Notes: generated from the letters alone by a model not told the origin. DNA of 64,000 nt from Thermodesulfobacteriota bacterium (GCA_963422265.1 OY729416.1:1344001-1408000), one strand, 5' to 3'; shown: positions 1 through 11,025, counted from the stretch's first letter. Program-made: numbers and translations.

Positions 1-818
1 CCAATTATACGAAAATCAACCTCTCTTATGGGAGTTATCTCGGCTGCTGTGCCGGTAAGGAAAACTTCATCGGATATGTAAAGCTCGTCCCTTGTAAATC
101 TCTCTTCAACAACCGTGTAACCTTTATCTTTGGCAATCCGTATAATGCAATTTCTTGTAAGACCTTCCAAAATTGAGGTTAAAGGCGGGGTCTTTATAAA
201 ACCGTTTCTGACTATAAAAATATTTTCACCGCTACCCTCAGCCAAGTATCCCTCATTATCAAGCAATAACCCTTCATCAAAACCGAGTTTTGTGGCTTCC
301 ACTTTTGCAAAAATTGAATTAACGTAGTTTCCAGAAATTTTCGCTTTGGTCATAAAGGAGTTTACGCCCATTCTCGTAAAGGATGAAATTTTGGTTCGGA
401 TACCATTATTTATTCCTTCCTCTCCAAGATAAGTTCCCCATAGCCATGCGGCTATCGCCAACCTGATAGGGTTGTCTTTCGGATGAACTCCAAAGCTGCC
501 GTTCCCTATGAACACCAGCGGTCTTATGTAAGCCTCACTGAGCTTGTTCTTAATTAACAACTCTTTGATAACAGCTTTGATCTCTGTTTTAGCAAAGGGA
601 ACGTCTATTCCGGCAATGTGGCAAGAGTTATAAAGCCGGTTGATATGCCCATCCAGTAAAAATATTGCCGTGTTGCCGTTGGCGCATTTATAGGCACGTA
701 ATCCCTCAAAAACGCCTAATCCGTAATGTAAAGTGTGCGTGAGCACATGAACGTTCGCTTCTGACCATGGAAGAAATTTGCCATCTAACCATATTAATTT
801 AGGGTGATTCGTTGACAT
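1..818 (-). CDS. ilvE: Branched-chain amino acid aminotransferase, 3' end runs off the window
   Basis: Not in the ORF track. Minus-strand ATG at 818 reads MSTNHPKLIWLDGKFLPWSEANVHVLTHTLHYGLGVFEGLRAY, the class IV aminotransferase N-terminal motif. GGAG RBS upstream. Confidence 0.92.
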   Translation of the reverse strand, partial: MSTNHPKLIWLDGKFLPWSEANVHVLTHTLHYGLGVFEGLRAYKCANGNTAIFLLDGHINRLYNSCHIAGIDVPFAKTEIKAVIKELLIKNKLSEAYIRPLVFIGNGSFGVHPKDNPIRLAIAAWLWGTYLGEEGINNGIRTKISSFTRMGVNSFMTKAKISGNYVNSIFAKVEATKLGFDEGLLLDNEGYLAEGSGENIFIVRNGFIKTPPLTSILEGLTRNCIIRIAKDKGYTVVEERFTRDELYISDEVFLTGTAAEITPIREVDFRII

Positions 819-954
819 CAAGTCTCCAACTTATGTTCAAATTTTTAAAATTAAAGAGAAATACTGCAACTTTAAGAAGAGAATGTCAAGCAAGCACAGG
901 TTAAAACCAAGAGGAACTTGTATATGACAACTTTCTCTGATATGTTGAATCTCT

Positions 955-1995
955 ATGGTAAAGAAAAGGGCTGCTATACTCGGAGCGAGTGGATATACAG
1001 GAAGCGAGTTGATCAGGCTTCTCACGGTGCATCCCAACGTGGACGTAACTTATCTAACGGCTGACAAGCACGCGGGGAAGGCTGTATCAGACGTCTTTCC
1101 ACATTTGAGGGGGTTTTTAGATTTAGAGCTTAAGCCCCTTAAAGCCGAGTCAATTCCGGATGATATTGACATAGTTTTTGCTGCTCTTCCTCATGGGACT
1201 TCGGCCAGAGTGGTTGAAGAACTATACGAGAGAGATCTGATTATAATAGATTTGGGGGCGGATTTTAGGTTGAGTCATCGGAATTATAAGAAGTGGTATG
1301 GCGAGCATCCGTGTCCAGAACTATTAAAAAAATCGGTTTATGGAATCACGGAACTCAACAGGACTGAAATTAAGGAAGCCAAGCTTGTGGCGAATCCCGG
1401 ATGCTATCCGGTATCTTCCATACTCGCTCTCGCGCCATTGCTCAAGAATAATATCGTAGAGCGAGACTCAATAATCATAGACTCTAAGTCTGGAGTTACA
1501 GGAGGGGGAAGGTCTCCTTCACTTGACTATCACTTTTCGGAAGTGAACGAGGGATTAAGGGCTTATAAAATAGGAGAGCACCGTCATACACCTGAGATAG
1601 AAGAAGCTCTCTCAAAATTCTCTGGTCTTGAGGTAAAAGCATCTTTTACTCCTCACCTTGTTCCTATGGATAGAGGAATCCTCTCTACGATTTACGTCCG
1701 CACCAATACGAAAAGGATGACCAAGGAGCTTGTAGAGCTTTATGAAGACTATTACGCAAGCGATAAGTTTGTGAGAATTTCTCCGGAGGGGGTTTATCCT
1801 ACTACGTCTCAGGTAAAGGGGTCTAACTACTGTGATATAGGAGTTAAGACGAATCCATCTAATAACATAGCTGTAATAGTTTCCGTCATTGACAATTTAG
1901 TAAAAGGGGCATCAGGGCAGGCAGTGCAGAACATGAACGAGATGATAGGATTCAAAGAGTCATCAGGGCTTGAAACGGTGCCTATGTTCCCCTAG
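955..1995 (+). CDS. argC: N-acetyl-gamma-glutamyl-phosphate reductase
   Basis: GASGYTG Rossmann motif, ANPGCY catalytic motif, DNLVKGASGQAVQNMN. Confidence 0.97.
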   Translation: MVKKRAAILGASGYTGSELIRLLTVHPNVDVTYLTADKHAGKAVSDVFPHLRGFLDLELKPLKAESIPDDIDIVFAALPHGTSARVVEELYERDLIIIDLGADFRLSHRNYKKWYGEHPCPELLKKSVYGITELNRTEIKEAKLVANPGCYPVSSILALAPLLKNNIVERDSIIIDSKSGVTGGGRSPSLDYHFSEVNEGLRAYKIGEHRHTPEIEEALSKFSGLEVKASFTPHLVPMDRGILSTIYVRTNTKRMTKELVELYEDYYASDKFVRISPEGVYPTTSQVKGSNYCDIGVKTNPSNNIAVIVSVIDNLVKGASGQAVQNMNEMIGFKESSGLETVPMFP

Positions 1996-2007
1996 TAGCC
2001 TAGCTAT

Positions 2008-3171
2008 CTATAAGTTGGTTTTCCTTATCCTTTGAATGATTCTAGGAATTATATCTGAAACGTAATTGATATCATCTTGCTCGGTAAATCTTCCTAGACT
2101 TATTCTAATTGAGGAAGCTGCCTCATCTTTTGACCTACCCATAGCGGATAAAACATGAGAGGGATTCCCTATTCCCTCAGAGCAGGCTGACCCTGTAGAT
2201 ACCGCCACGCCGTTTATATCAAGGCTCATTGCGAGAGAGTCTCCCTTGATGCCTTCTACACTGATATTAAGGGTGTTCCAAAGCACATTTTCTAGCGTGC
2301 CGTTTAGCTTAACCCGGTCCACATTGCGGAGAACGCTAGCCAAAAGCGCGTCCCTTAATCTTCTCACTTTAGACTCGTCAGTTTTCATTTGGATGCGAGC
2401 AATTTCGCACGCTGCACCCAAACCGACTATACCTGGGACGTTCTCAGTGCCAGAGCGTTTTCCCCTTTCTTGTCCCCCGCCATGGATATGCGCGTTCAGG
2501 GAAATACTCTGAGACATGCCATCTCGGATGTAAATGGCTCCCGCTCCTTTGGGTCCATAGAGTTTGTGGGCGGAGATTGAAACGAAATCGGCTGGGATTT
2601 TCCTAAGGTCTATGTCTATTTTGCCAGCCGACTGGACAGCGTCCGTGTGAAACAATGCACCTTTTTCCTTTACTAAATGGGCAATTCTATCTATGGGCAA
2701 GATGTTTCCCGTCTCGTTATTTGCATGCATACAGGAAACGAGGATCGTCTCGTCAGTAATGGCTTCGTTAAGCTCCGCTAGGTCAATAAAGCCTCTGGGA
2801 TCGGTATCCAGATAGGTAACGCGGCAACCTTCTTTTTCAAGGTAATTAAATGATTCAAGAACGCATTCATGCTCAACCTTGGTGGTTATAAAATGATTGC
2901 CCTTTTCCCGAAGGTCACTGCGTGCAGTGCTTTTTATACTAAAATTGGCGCCTTCGCTTCCTCCCGAGGTGAATACTATCTCCCGAGCGTTTGCCGATAA
3001 GAGCTCGGCTACCTGCTCTCTTGCGTTATCAAGGGCTTCTCTCGCCTTTCGACCGAAAGAATGGATGCTTGATGGATTGCCGTAGTCTTCCCTTAGATAA
3101 GGTATCATCGCTTCAAGCACTCTCGGATCCAGAGGAGTGGTCGCATTGTAGTCCAGATATATTTTTTTCAT
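2008..3171 (-). CDS. iscS: Cysteine desulfurase, IscS/NifS group I
   Basis: YLDYNATTP, SAHKLYGPKG (PLP lysine), STGSACS catalytic Cys. Confidence 0.9.
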   Translation of the reverse strand: MKKIYLDYNATTPLDPRVLEAMIPYLREDYGNPSSIHSFGRKAREALDNAREQVAELLSANAREIVFTSGGSEGANFSIKSTARSDLREKGNHFITTKVEHECVLESFNYLEKEGCRVTYLDTDPRGFIDLAELNEAITDETILVSCMHANNETGNILPIDRIAHLVKEKGALFHTDAVQSAGKIDIDLRKIPADFVSISAHKLYGPKGAGAIYIRDGMSQSISLNAHIHGGGQERGKRSGTENVPGIVGLGAACEIARIQMKTDESKVRRLRDALLASVLRNVDRVKLNGTLENVLWNTLNISVEGIKGDSLAMSLDINGVAVSTGSACSEGIGNPSHVLSAMGRSKDEAASSIRISLGRFTEQDDINYVSDIIPRIIQRIRKTNL

Positions 3172-3215
3172 TACGAGACACTGATGAGTAAAGTAGTTAG
3201 TTGAGGATAAAGATT

Positions 3216-4550
3216 TTACGTTGGATGCCCTAGTATGCTTTCCACCTTTTTTACGGCTTCGGGAAGAGAGAAAATGATCACTCTGTCGTCTAAAGAGGCT
3301 ACGTAGTCTCCTCTGGGAATTATAACCTCATTGTCCCTAAGCACGATTCCTACTATTGAGCCTTCGGGTAGATGAGCGTCTCTAAGAGCCTTTCCCAGTA
3401 TTTTAGTGTCAGGCTTAACGTTAAATTCCAGAACCTCCGCTTTTCCTTCCTCAAGCAAAGCTACCTGCGCTACCCCGCCGATGTGAAGCGGACTAAGAAT
3501 TTCATTGGTTACCGACAACCTTACACTTATGGCTCTATCAACACCTATAGCTTCAATTACGTCTATGTAGTCCGGCTTGGTATATAGAACAGTTGTTCTT
3601 TTCGCTCCCAGACTTTTGGCAAGGAGCGCACTTAGCACGTTGTTTTCATCATCGCCCGTGAGCGCTATGAAGTAGTCAGCCGATTCAACGCCTGCTTCCT
3701 TCAAAGTGTCACTGTCCGTGGCGTCTCCCTTAAACACAAGAACGTTATTCAGTTCCTCAGCCGCCAATTCTGCACGGGCGGGATCGCTTTCAATTATGTT
3801 GACGCTAATACCTTTTTGACAAAGTGTTCTAGCTGCTCCCCTGCCAAGCCTCCCTCCTCCAACTATAACTACTGATTTCACTTGCTCCTCCTCTTTAACT
3901 CCAAAAAGCTCTTTAAGCTTATTGAGCACACTGGGCACTCCAATAGCGTAAATATAATCCTCTGTATGTAGTATTGTCTCGCCAGTTGGTATTGTTATTT
4001 TACCGTTCCTTGAAATGGCAGCGAAAATCCAGGCTTTAGCAGGTCCTAACTCAGAAAGCCTTTTTCCTACGATAGGGATGTTTTTTTCTACCTTGAGCTT
4101 GAGCATGTTGATTTTGCCCATAGCCAATTTTTCCGTTTTCCATGCGAAAGGCGAGCTTATAAGTCCTACAATTTTCTCGGATATGATTTTTTCAGGGTTG
4201 ACTACGAACGTCTCGGACTTGTTAATTAACTTAGCATAATCAAGGTAATTCGTATCTCTTATTCTGATAATAATTTTAGGGACTCCCACGGACGCCGCCC
4301 ACGATGAAGCCATTATATTCACTTTGTCATTTCCCGACACTGCAAGCATAATGTCAGCTTTTTCTATCTGCGCCTCTTTCAATACGGCGGGGTTGTCGCC
4401 ATCCCCCAGTATTATGAGAACATCGTGGGATTCCTTTAATCTTTCCGCTGTTTCTTCGTCTTTTTCTATGATTACTATATCGTGCTCGGAGGAAAGATTT
4501 GTCGCGATGAGCGACCCAACTTGCCCAGATCCTAGTATGACTATGTGCAT
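3216..4550 (-). CDS. trkA: Trk potassium uptake NAD-binding subunit
   Basis: Two RCK_N (GSGQVG, GGGRLG) plus RCK_C repeats, 444 aa. Confidence 0.92.
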   Translation of the reverse strand: MHIVILGSGQVGSLIATNLSSEHDIVIIEKDEETAERLKESHDVLIILGDGDNPAVLKEAQIEKADIMLAVSGNDKVNIMASSWAASVGVPKIIIRIRDTNYLDYAKLINKSETFVVNPEKIISEKIVGLISSPFAWKTEKLAMGKINMLKLKVEKNIPIVGKRLSELGPAKAWIFAAISRNGKITIPTGETILHTEDYIYAIGVPSVLNKLKELFGVKEEEQVKSVVIVGGGRLGRGAARTLCQKGISVNIIESDPARAELAAEELNNVLVFKGDATDSDTLKEAGVESADYFIALTGDDENNVLSALLAKSLGAKRTTVLYTKPDYIDVIEAIGVDRAISVRLSVTNEILSPLHIGGVAQVALLEEGKAEVLEFNVKPDTKILGKALRDAHLPEGSIVGIVLRDNEVIIPRGDYVASLDDRVIIFSLPEAVKKVESILGHPT

Positions 4551-4566
4551 TTCACACTTACCTCAT

Positions 4567-5319
4567 TCAGCTTTTCGTTCCCGTTTTCTTGATCCTATAT
4601 AGCATTACCATACCTAGTATTATGAAGACCACTGAGATTATTTGAGCTTGGGAAACCCCAGGTATAAAGCTGGGCGACGTGCTTCTGATAAGCTCAATTA
4701 AGAACCTTTGAGAACCTAATATAATAAAGGTAATTGCAGTCATCCATCCCGCTACAAACTCTCTCTTACGTATCTTCCACAGTACTAGAAATACAATTGT
4801 CATGCTGATAGTATCATAGAGCTGGGTCGGATGAACTTTTTCAAACGTTGGGGGAGAACCATCTGGGAAAGAGAGCGCCCACGGTAAGGTGCTCGGAATT
4901 CCGTAATCGTCGCCAACCAGGAAACATCCGACTCTTCCTACGGCGTAAGCGAGAACTAAGCATGGACCCAAGGAATCCGTTACTTTCAGATAACTCACCC
5001 TTTTTATTCTGATAACGATCCAGATTAAAATTAATGCTCCTATAAATCCCCCAAAGAATGTGAACCCTGAGGCGAGATACCTTGTCGGCTCGGCGATAAA
5101 TTCTGAGAAAGTCGCCTGCTGATATAGAAAAAGCACCTTTGCCCCCCCAAGCCCGCCGATGAAGCACGCTATGAAAATATAATCTGCTAAATCGCCGTTT
5201 AGCCCCTTTCTTTTGAGTTCGGACTCACCTATTAAATAACCTGTGATAAAGGCTAGAAGAACCATTACGGAGAAAGAAGATATGGAAATACTGCCATATG
5301 AGATAAGAGTAGGATACAT
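4567..5319 (-). CDS. lgt: Prolipoprotein diacylglyceryl transferase
   Basis: GRVGCFLVGDDYG and HPTQLY motifs, multiple TM segments. Confidence 0.88.
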   Translation of the reverse strand: MYPTLISYGSISISSFSVMVLLAFITGYLIGESELKRKGLNGDLADYIFIACFIGGLGGAKVLFLYQQATFSEFIAEPTRYLASGFTFFGGFIGALILIWIVIRIKRVSYLKVTDSLGPCLVLAYAVGRVGCFLVGDDYGIPSTLPWALSFPDGSPPTFEKVHPTQLYDTISMTIVFLVLWKIRKREFVAGWMTAITFIILGSQRFLIELIRSTSPSFIPGVSQAQIISVVFIILGMVMLYRIKKTGTKS

Positions 5320-5442
5320 GTTTGAACTCCCTGATCGTTGTGTTAAAAATACATCTTACACAGTTTAAGCTTTACTGTAAGGGGAGGGTAATAATTTGTT
5401 CCTTGACCATACAGTCCTTTCGTGTTAGTTTTAGGGTGAATT

Positions 5443-5592
5443 ATGAAAAGAACTTATCAGCCTCACGTGAAAAAAAGATTACGAGTGCATGGGTTCCGTG
5501 AAAGGATGAGTACTAAGGGGGGGCGACGCACTCTAAAAAGGCGGATGGCGAAGGGTAGGCACCAGCTTACTGTCCAGCGTTGGAAGAAATGA
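5443..5592 (+). CDS. rpmH: 50S ribosomal protein L34
   Basis: Below the ORF-track cutoff. Reads [49 protein letters not shown]; stop overlaps the rnpA start (ATGA). Confidence 0.97.
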   Translation: MKRTYQPHVKKRLRVHGFRERMSTKGGRRTLKRRMAKGRHQLTVQRWKK

Positions 5593-5948
5593 GTTCCGAC
5601 TTAGATTTTTCTTTCTCAAAAAAAGAGTTGAAAATTCGGAAGACCCAACAATATAAAGAGGTCTTTAGGAATGGCCATAGGGTGAGGAGCAAGAAGTTCA
5701 ATATTCTTTACGCTTCAAATGCGCTTGGTTATTCTAGGCTGGGCTTAGTCGTCGCTAAGAAGAATGTCCCTTCCGCAGTCCGTCGAAATCGTGTAAAAAG
5801 GGTTTTACGAGAGTTTTTCAGGAGAAATAAGTCCTTATTTGGTTCTAACGATGTTTTGTTACTTGCTAATAAAGGAAGTGACAAGCTAGTTGATTACGCC
5901 AATGTGAGAAGAGAGATTGAAAAAGCCATTGGATCAAATTTATTATGA
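5589..5948 (+). CDS. rnpA: Ribonuclease P protein component
   Basis: RLGLVVAKK and [13 protein letters not shown] (RNR motif), canonical position after rpmH. Confidence 0.95.
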   Translation: MSSDLDFSFSKKELKIRKTQQYKEVFRNGHRVRSKKFNILYASNALGYSRLGLVVAKKNVPSAVRRNRVKRVLREFFRRNKSLFGSNDVLLLANKGSDKLVDYANVRREIEKAIGSNLL

Positions 5949-6169
5949 GATTAAGTTTTTTAGCGTCTGTGTTTATCTATATAATAAATGCTTATAAATA
6001 CTTCGTCTCACCCTTGTTGCCGTCCTCTTGTAGGTTTTATCCTAGTTGCTCTACTTACTCCATAGATGCCTTCAATAAGTATGGGTTTACTAAGGGATTT
6101 TGGCTTACCATAACAAGGATCGTAAGGTGTAATCCGCTAAACGTCGGAGGTTATGACCCGGTTCGGTAA
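5945..6169 (+). CDS. yidD: Membrane protein insertion efficiency factor
   Basis: CRFYPSCSTY and RCNP..GGYDPV motifs, synteny. Confidence 0.95.
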   Translation: MRLSFLASVFIYIINAYKYFVSPLLPSSCRFYPSCSTYSIDAFNKYGFTKGFWLTITRIVRCNPLNVGGYDPVR

Positions 6170-6195
6170 TTACGTTCTACGGTAAGGTTGAGCAA

Positions 6196-7893
6196 ATGGC
6201 GGATAACAAGCTAAATTATATACTGTTTATAATACTATCCATTGGTATAATACTGGGTTTTTCTATATTTTTTAATGATCCCCCCCCTAGACAAGATAGT
6301 GAAAAAATGGGGGACGTGGGACAGCTATCAAAAAGTAGTTCTCCCACTACAACTGAAGATTTTCCCTCTGATAAAGCCGACTATCTTAAGGAAGGTTTGA
6401 ATTTTCCGGACGAGCCAGAAAATTTAGCTCAGGGTGAGTTGATAACAGTTCAAACGCCTCTTTATGTCGGAGTGATTGATACCTTAGGGGGAAGAGTGAG
6501 TTCTTGGCACCTTAAGAAATACAGAGAGAGGGTTGACGACGGTAAAACCTTAGTCAATTTGTTTAAGGGCTCTCCTCCTGGATTCAGCCCGCTCTTAAAG
6601 GTTAGCGGGCTTAGATTGCCTGAACTGATTCCATTTGAGTTTAACGGTAAATCTAACATAGACATAAGAGAGGGAACGAGAGAGATATCGTTATATTGGG
6701 ACTCTCCTCAGGGTATAGGCGTAAGAAAGACGTATAGCTTTGATTCTTCAACTTATGTGGTAAAACAAAGTCTTGAAGTAATAAACTCAGGCACCGTGCC
6801 GCTTAGAGAAAGACTCTTTATTGGCTGGCACGGTAATATAGAACAAAAGGGTAGAGGCGAGTCCAGCACAAGCTTCATAGCACTTGTTTCAAATGAGCTG
6901 GAGAGGGTAGAAAAATCCCCAAAAGAGGCAGTTGACTATAAAGGCGTTATAAATTGGTTTGGATACGCGAGCAAGTATTTTATGGTAGCTTTGCTGCCAA
7001 ACATAGGGGCAGATACAGTTATACGCCTGACGCCGACCGCAGAAAGGAACGTTGTCAAGGCTGTTTTTGGATATCCGAGCGATACCATTCCAACTGGTAA
7101 GGAGTCAATAAGGAAATGGGAAATTTATCTGGGACCTATTGAGCCTGAGACTCTAAAGCCTGTAGGTCATAACGTTGAGCAAGCGGTCAATTACGGGTGG
7201 CTAGGCTTTCTTGCTAAGCCTCTACTTGGTTTTCTAAAATTCTTGAACACCTACATCGGCAACTACGGAATATCCATAATCGTAATCACCATAATAATAA
7301 GGGTTCTTTTCTTTCCACTTACGGTTAGGAGTATGGCGTCAATGCGACAAATGCAGCTTAAGATGGAGAAATTTAAGCCTGAGATGGACGCCTTAAAGGA
7401 GAGATACAAGGACGACAAAGCCAAGCAGAATGCTGAGCTTATGAAACTTTACTCAAAGCACGGCGTTAATCCACTTAGCAGCCTTGGCGGCTGTATGCCT
7501 ATGCTTGTGCAAATTCCGGTCTTCATAGCGCTTTATGACGTCCTGCTTCATTCTATTGATCTTAGGCACAGTTCCTTTTTGTGGATAAACGATCTCGCCT
7601 CGCCGGAGATGCTATTTGATATACCAGTGTTAGGCGTGCCGTTCAGGATACTGCCCTTATTGATGGGTGTTTCTTGGTACATCTCACAGAAGATGACGCC
7701 TATGACCGCCGCTGCTGCTAGTGATAACATGGCTTTACAGATGAAGATGATGCAGTTCATGCCTATAATTTTTACCTTTTTGTTCTGGGGTTTGCCATCG
7801 GGCTTGATACTTTACTGGACGGTGAGCAACGTGCTTTCTATCGGACAGCAAATATACGTGAACCGTCGCGTAATCGCTCCCAAAGGAGGATAG
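6196..7893 (+). CDS. yidC: Membrane protein insertase
   Basis: GNYGISII, GCMPMLVQIPVF, PSGLILYW motifs. Confidence 0.96.
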   Translation: MADNKLNYILFIILSIGIILGFSIFFNDPPPRQDSEKMGDVGQLSKSSSPTTTEDFPSDKADYLKEGLNFPDEPENLAQGELITVQTPLYVGVIDTLGGRVSSWHLKKYRERVDDGKTLVNLFKGSPPGFSPLLKVSGLRLPELIPFEFNGKSNIDIREGTREISLYWDSPQGIGVRKTYSFDSSTYVVKQSLEVINSGTVPLRERLFIGWHGNIEQKGRGESSTSFIALVSNELERVEKSPKEAVDYKGVINWFGYASKYFMVALLPNIGADTVIRLTPTAERNVVKAVFGYPSDTIPTGKESIRKWEIYLGPIEPETLKPVGHNVEQAVNYGWLGFLAKPLLGFLKFLNTYIGNYGISIIVITIIIRVLFFPLTVRSMASMRQMQLKMEKFKPEMDALKERYKDDKAKQNAELMKLYSKHGVNPLSSLGGCMPMLVQIPVFIALYDVLLHSIDLRHSSFLWINDLASPEMLFDIPVLGVPFRILPLLMGVSWYISQKMTPMTAAAASDNMALQMKMMQFMPIIFTFLFWGLPSGLILYWTVSNVLSIGQQIYVNRRVIAPKGG

Positions 7894-7899
7894 ATAATT

Positions 7900-8553
7900 A
7901 TGACAATAGTGATAGAAATGGAAGGCAAGACAGTATCTGAAGCTACTATTAGTGCCTGTGAAGAACTAGGCGTTCCAAGAAGTGGGATTGAAGTCGAAGT
8001 GTTGGAAGCAGGATCAAAAGGGGTTTTAGGGCTTGGGAGCAGGAGCGCTCGGGTTAGGGTTACCGTAAAGGATAGCAGTTTAAGCGAAAAGGGTGTCAGG
8101 TCAAAGAGGGTGCTGGAGAATATTTTAGGTTATTTGGTTTCTGCCTACTCCGTGGAACTTAAGGAAACTGCCGATAAGATAGAGCTCGATATTAAAGGCA
8201 CAAACGAAGAGGGGCTTTTGATTGGAAAGCAGGGTGAAATGATTAAGGCAATGGAATCTCTCATAGGTAAAATTGCGGGGCGTATCAGTAACGGAGGGAA
8301 AGAAAAAAGAATATCCATAGACGTAAGTGGATATAAGAAAAGAAGATACGAAAGGGTCTCGAGACTCGTAAAGGAAACGATCAGTAAAGTTCGTCAATCG
8401 AAAAAGCCAGCATTACTTGAAACGATGTCGGCATCCGAAAGAAGGGTCGCCTACCTTACTCTTAAACGAGAGGGTGGTGTTGATTATGATACTAAGATCG
8501 AGGGCAATCGAAAAAAGATTATTGTTAAACCCTTATTAAAGGGTAAGGATTGA
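7900..8553 (+). CDS. jag: Jag/EloR RNA-binding protein (Jag_N, KH, R3H-like)
   Basis: EGKTVSEA...GSKGVLGLG N-terminus, LLIGKQG KH motif, position after yidC. Confidence 0.88.
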   Translation: MTIVIEMEGKTVSEATISACEELGVPRSGIEVEVLEAGSKGVLGLGSRSARVRVTVKDSSLSEKGVRSKRVLENILGYLVSAYSVELKETADKIELDIKGTNEEGLLIGKQGEMIKAMESLIGKIAGRISNGGKEKRISIDVSGYKKRRYERVSRLVKETISKVRQSKKPALLETMSASERRVAYLTLKREGGVDYDTKIEGNRKKIIVKPLLKGKD

Positions 8554-8572
8554 AGTGGATTACGCATTGACG

Positions 8573-9046
8573 TCAATTTTTTTCATTCTTACGCCTTAGC
8601 GTTCTAAAAAACTCCTTAATTAAGCCTGCGCATTCGTCCCCGCGCACTCCTTCTTTCACTTCTACGCTGTGATTTAGCTTGTTGTTGTCTTGACCAATGT
8701 TATAAACTGAAAATACAGCACCCGCTTTTGGGTCTCTAGCTCCAAATACTAGCCTTTCAATCCTAGCTAATACTATAGCCCCCATACACATCGCGCATGG
8801 CTCGATTGTAACATATAGAGTGGAGTTGTTCAGCCTCCACCCCCTGGACTTGGATGCCCCACTTCTAATCGCTATGATTTCTGCATGCGCCGTTGGGTCA
8901 TGTTTTGTCTCGCGTAAATTGTATCCACTTGACAAAACGTTGTTGTTTTTATCCGTGATTACAGCACCGATGGGAACCTCACCTATGCGCCCGGCTAATT
9001 GGGCTTGTTCAATAGCCAGGCGCATGAATTTGTCGTCCTCTGCCAT
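8573..9046 (-). CDS. tadA: tRNA adenosine(34) deaminase
   Basis: HAEI and EPCAMC zinc motifs. Confidence 0.93.
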   Translation of the reverse strand: MAEDDKFMRLAIEQAQLAGRIGEVPIGAVITDKNNNVLSSGYNLRETKHDPTAHAEIIAIRSGASKSRGWRLNNSTLYVTIEPCAMCMGAIVLARIERLVFGARDPKAGAVFSVYNIGQDNNKLNHSVEVKEGVRGDECAGLIKEFFRTLRRKNEKN

Positions 9047-9083
9047 CAGGTGTGGTGAAGCACTTCAAATAGCTATAGTGTCT

Positions 9084-10811
9084 TTACTTTCTTGCACTAA
9101 ACTTAAGATCCGTTTTACTCCTGTCCCACGTTTTATCCGTGATTTCTTTAATCTCAGCTACTTTGATTTTTTGGGTAGCCGTTACCGGAAATCCATCTTC
9201 GTAAACCTCGATGAATCTAGGCACCATCGCTACTATTACCCTTTCAGCCATCCACTTGCTAAACTCTATGGGGTCAAACTCAGCTCCGCTCTTCAATGTA
9301 AGGTTGAGTTTTATTTCGTCGTCTGAAACGTTGGGCAGTCTAATTCCAACTGCTATCGCTTCTTGTATAGCCTCGTATTGCATAGCTACATCCTGGACTG
9401 CAATGGGATCAACGTTTTCTCCAGATACCCTTATCCTGCTGAATCTCCCCACAAAGTAGTATCTTCCATCTATTCCCCTTGCGAATAAGTCATCAGAGTT
9501 AAAAAAGCCTTCGTCGTCAAAGGCTTCTCTCGTCCTTCTCTCGTCCTTAAAGTATTCGTTTAGGGTTGTATGGGGGACAAGCGGTTTTATAAATAATAGC
9601 CCTTTTGCCTCATCAGGGGGGGTCGGATCTTCATAAGGATTCCAGAATGGTCTCAGCACGGAGTCTGAGTTTTGGGAATCTCTCAATTCAACGTAATACC
9701 CTTCCATGGGAAAACCTGACGATCCGGGTCTGTGGTCCTCAGGATCCTTCCAAAGCACCATGCCCATCTCGGTAGATCCGTATCCATCTATAACCCTAAC
9801 GCCGAATCTTTCTTGAAACTCTTGCAGATTCCTAGGAGCTGGAGACCCAAGCATTATTCTGATAGTGTGTTTTTTATCCCATTCGCTTGGCTCCGCTGCC
9901 CATAGATACTCGGCTACGGCTCCCAACATGTTGACGCATGTAGCCCCGCAATTAGCAGCCCATTTCCAGAAATTTGAAGCCGAGAAACGAGGGAAGAAAA
10001 CAGCGGTGGATCCCGATCCCATAGCACTGAATAGGCACATGACCTGGGCGTTGGCATGCCCCAGGGAGAGCACGCTCATAAGGGTATCTTCACTTCTCAC
10101 ACCTTGCTGTTGTAAGTATGAACGCACAGTCATTACCACTCCGCCGTGGTCCCTGGCTACGCCCTTTGGCATTCCAGTCGTTCCGGAGGTGAACATACAT
10201 CTTTCCATGTCGTGGGTAGTAACTTCAACGCCGGTGTTATCACTTGAGCATTTATCAAACGTGTTAAAAGGCAGTGTTTTTATTCCACCAATATCCTGAG
10301 GAACGTCATTAGGATCACCCGTAATGAATATAACTTCTAGGTTAGCCAAGTCTCCGGCAATTTCCTTAATAAATGGGATGCTACCGGGATCAACTACGAG
10401 AGCAGTCATTTCTGAATAGTTAATGACGTAGGTAAGCCTCTCTCCCTTCTCGTCTTTGTTAATTGGAACCTGTACTCCGCCCAGTTTATGTATCGCTATT
10501 ATTGAGACCACGTATTCAGAGCAGTTCAGCATATACATGCCAATCTTATTGCCTTTGGAGATTCCAAATTCTTCCATCAGCCCGTTGGCGATCCTGTTTG
10601 CCCATTCATTTGTCTCCTTATAGGAATAGCTTTCTACAATAGCTCCCTTCCCATCGGCTACCCGAAACATCGTTTTATCCGGAAATTGTTCAGCACCCAT
10701 TTCTAGGCACTTGGTAATCGGCTGCCACTCTGAGCTGTCATCGAATGATCCGAATGGAAGCGATCCTTCTCCCAGGTATTTGGCGCCCCGGGGCTTAAAT
10801 AATAAACGCAT
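9084..10811 (-). CDS. AMP-forming acyl-CoA ligase (CaiC-like), paralog 1
   Basis: FTSGTTGMPKG AMP-binding motif and YGSTE. Confidence 0.85.
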   Translation of the reverse strand: MRLLFKPRGAKYLGEGSLPFGSFDDSSEWQPITKCLEMGAEQFPDKTMFRVADGKGAIVESYSYKETNEWANRIANGLMEEFGISKGNKIGMYMLNCSEYVVSIIAIHKLGGVQVPINKDEKGERLTYVINYSEMTALVVDPGSIPFIKEIAGDLANLEVIFITGDPNDVPQDIGGIKTLPFNTFDKCSSDNTGVEVTTHDMERCMFTSGTTGMPKGVARDHGGVVMTVRSYLQQQGVRSEDTLMSVLSLGHANAQVMCLFSAMGSGSTAVFFPRFSASNFWKWAANCGATCVNMLGAVAEYLWAAEPSEWDKKHTIRIMLGSPAPRNLQEFQERFGVRVIDGYGSTEMGMVLWKDPEDHRPGSSGFPMEGYYVELRDSQNSDSVLRPFWNPYEDPTPPDEAKGLLFIKPLVPHTTLNEYFKDERRTREAFDDEGFFNSDDLFARGIDGRYYFVGRFSRIRVSGENVDPIAVQDVAMQYEAIQEAIAVGIRLPNVSDDEIKLNLTLKSGAEFDPIEFSKWMAERVIVAMVPRFIEVYEDGFPVTATQKIKVAEIKEITDKTWDRSKTDLKFSARK

Positions 10812-11025
10812 AACGCTCCTCCTTAGTATATTTAGTTATAACTTTCCAAACTCAAGTAATATATGTTCAATACTGACGCATTGTCAAACTTGAAGAGACC
10901 ACAGCGCCTAAATTTATTGATAAAGAAGACTATGCGTTTATTAGAATCGTGCTAGTATTTGTGCGCTTGCATCTTTCGCATATTAGCGTTTAATTACCAC
11001 CTGTGAATTTTTTTAGGGATAACCA

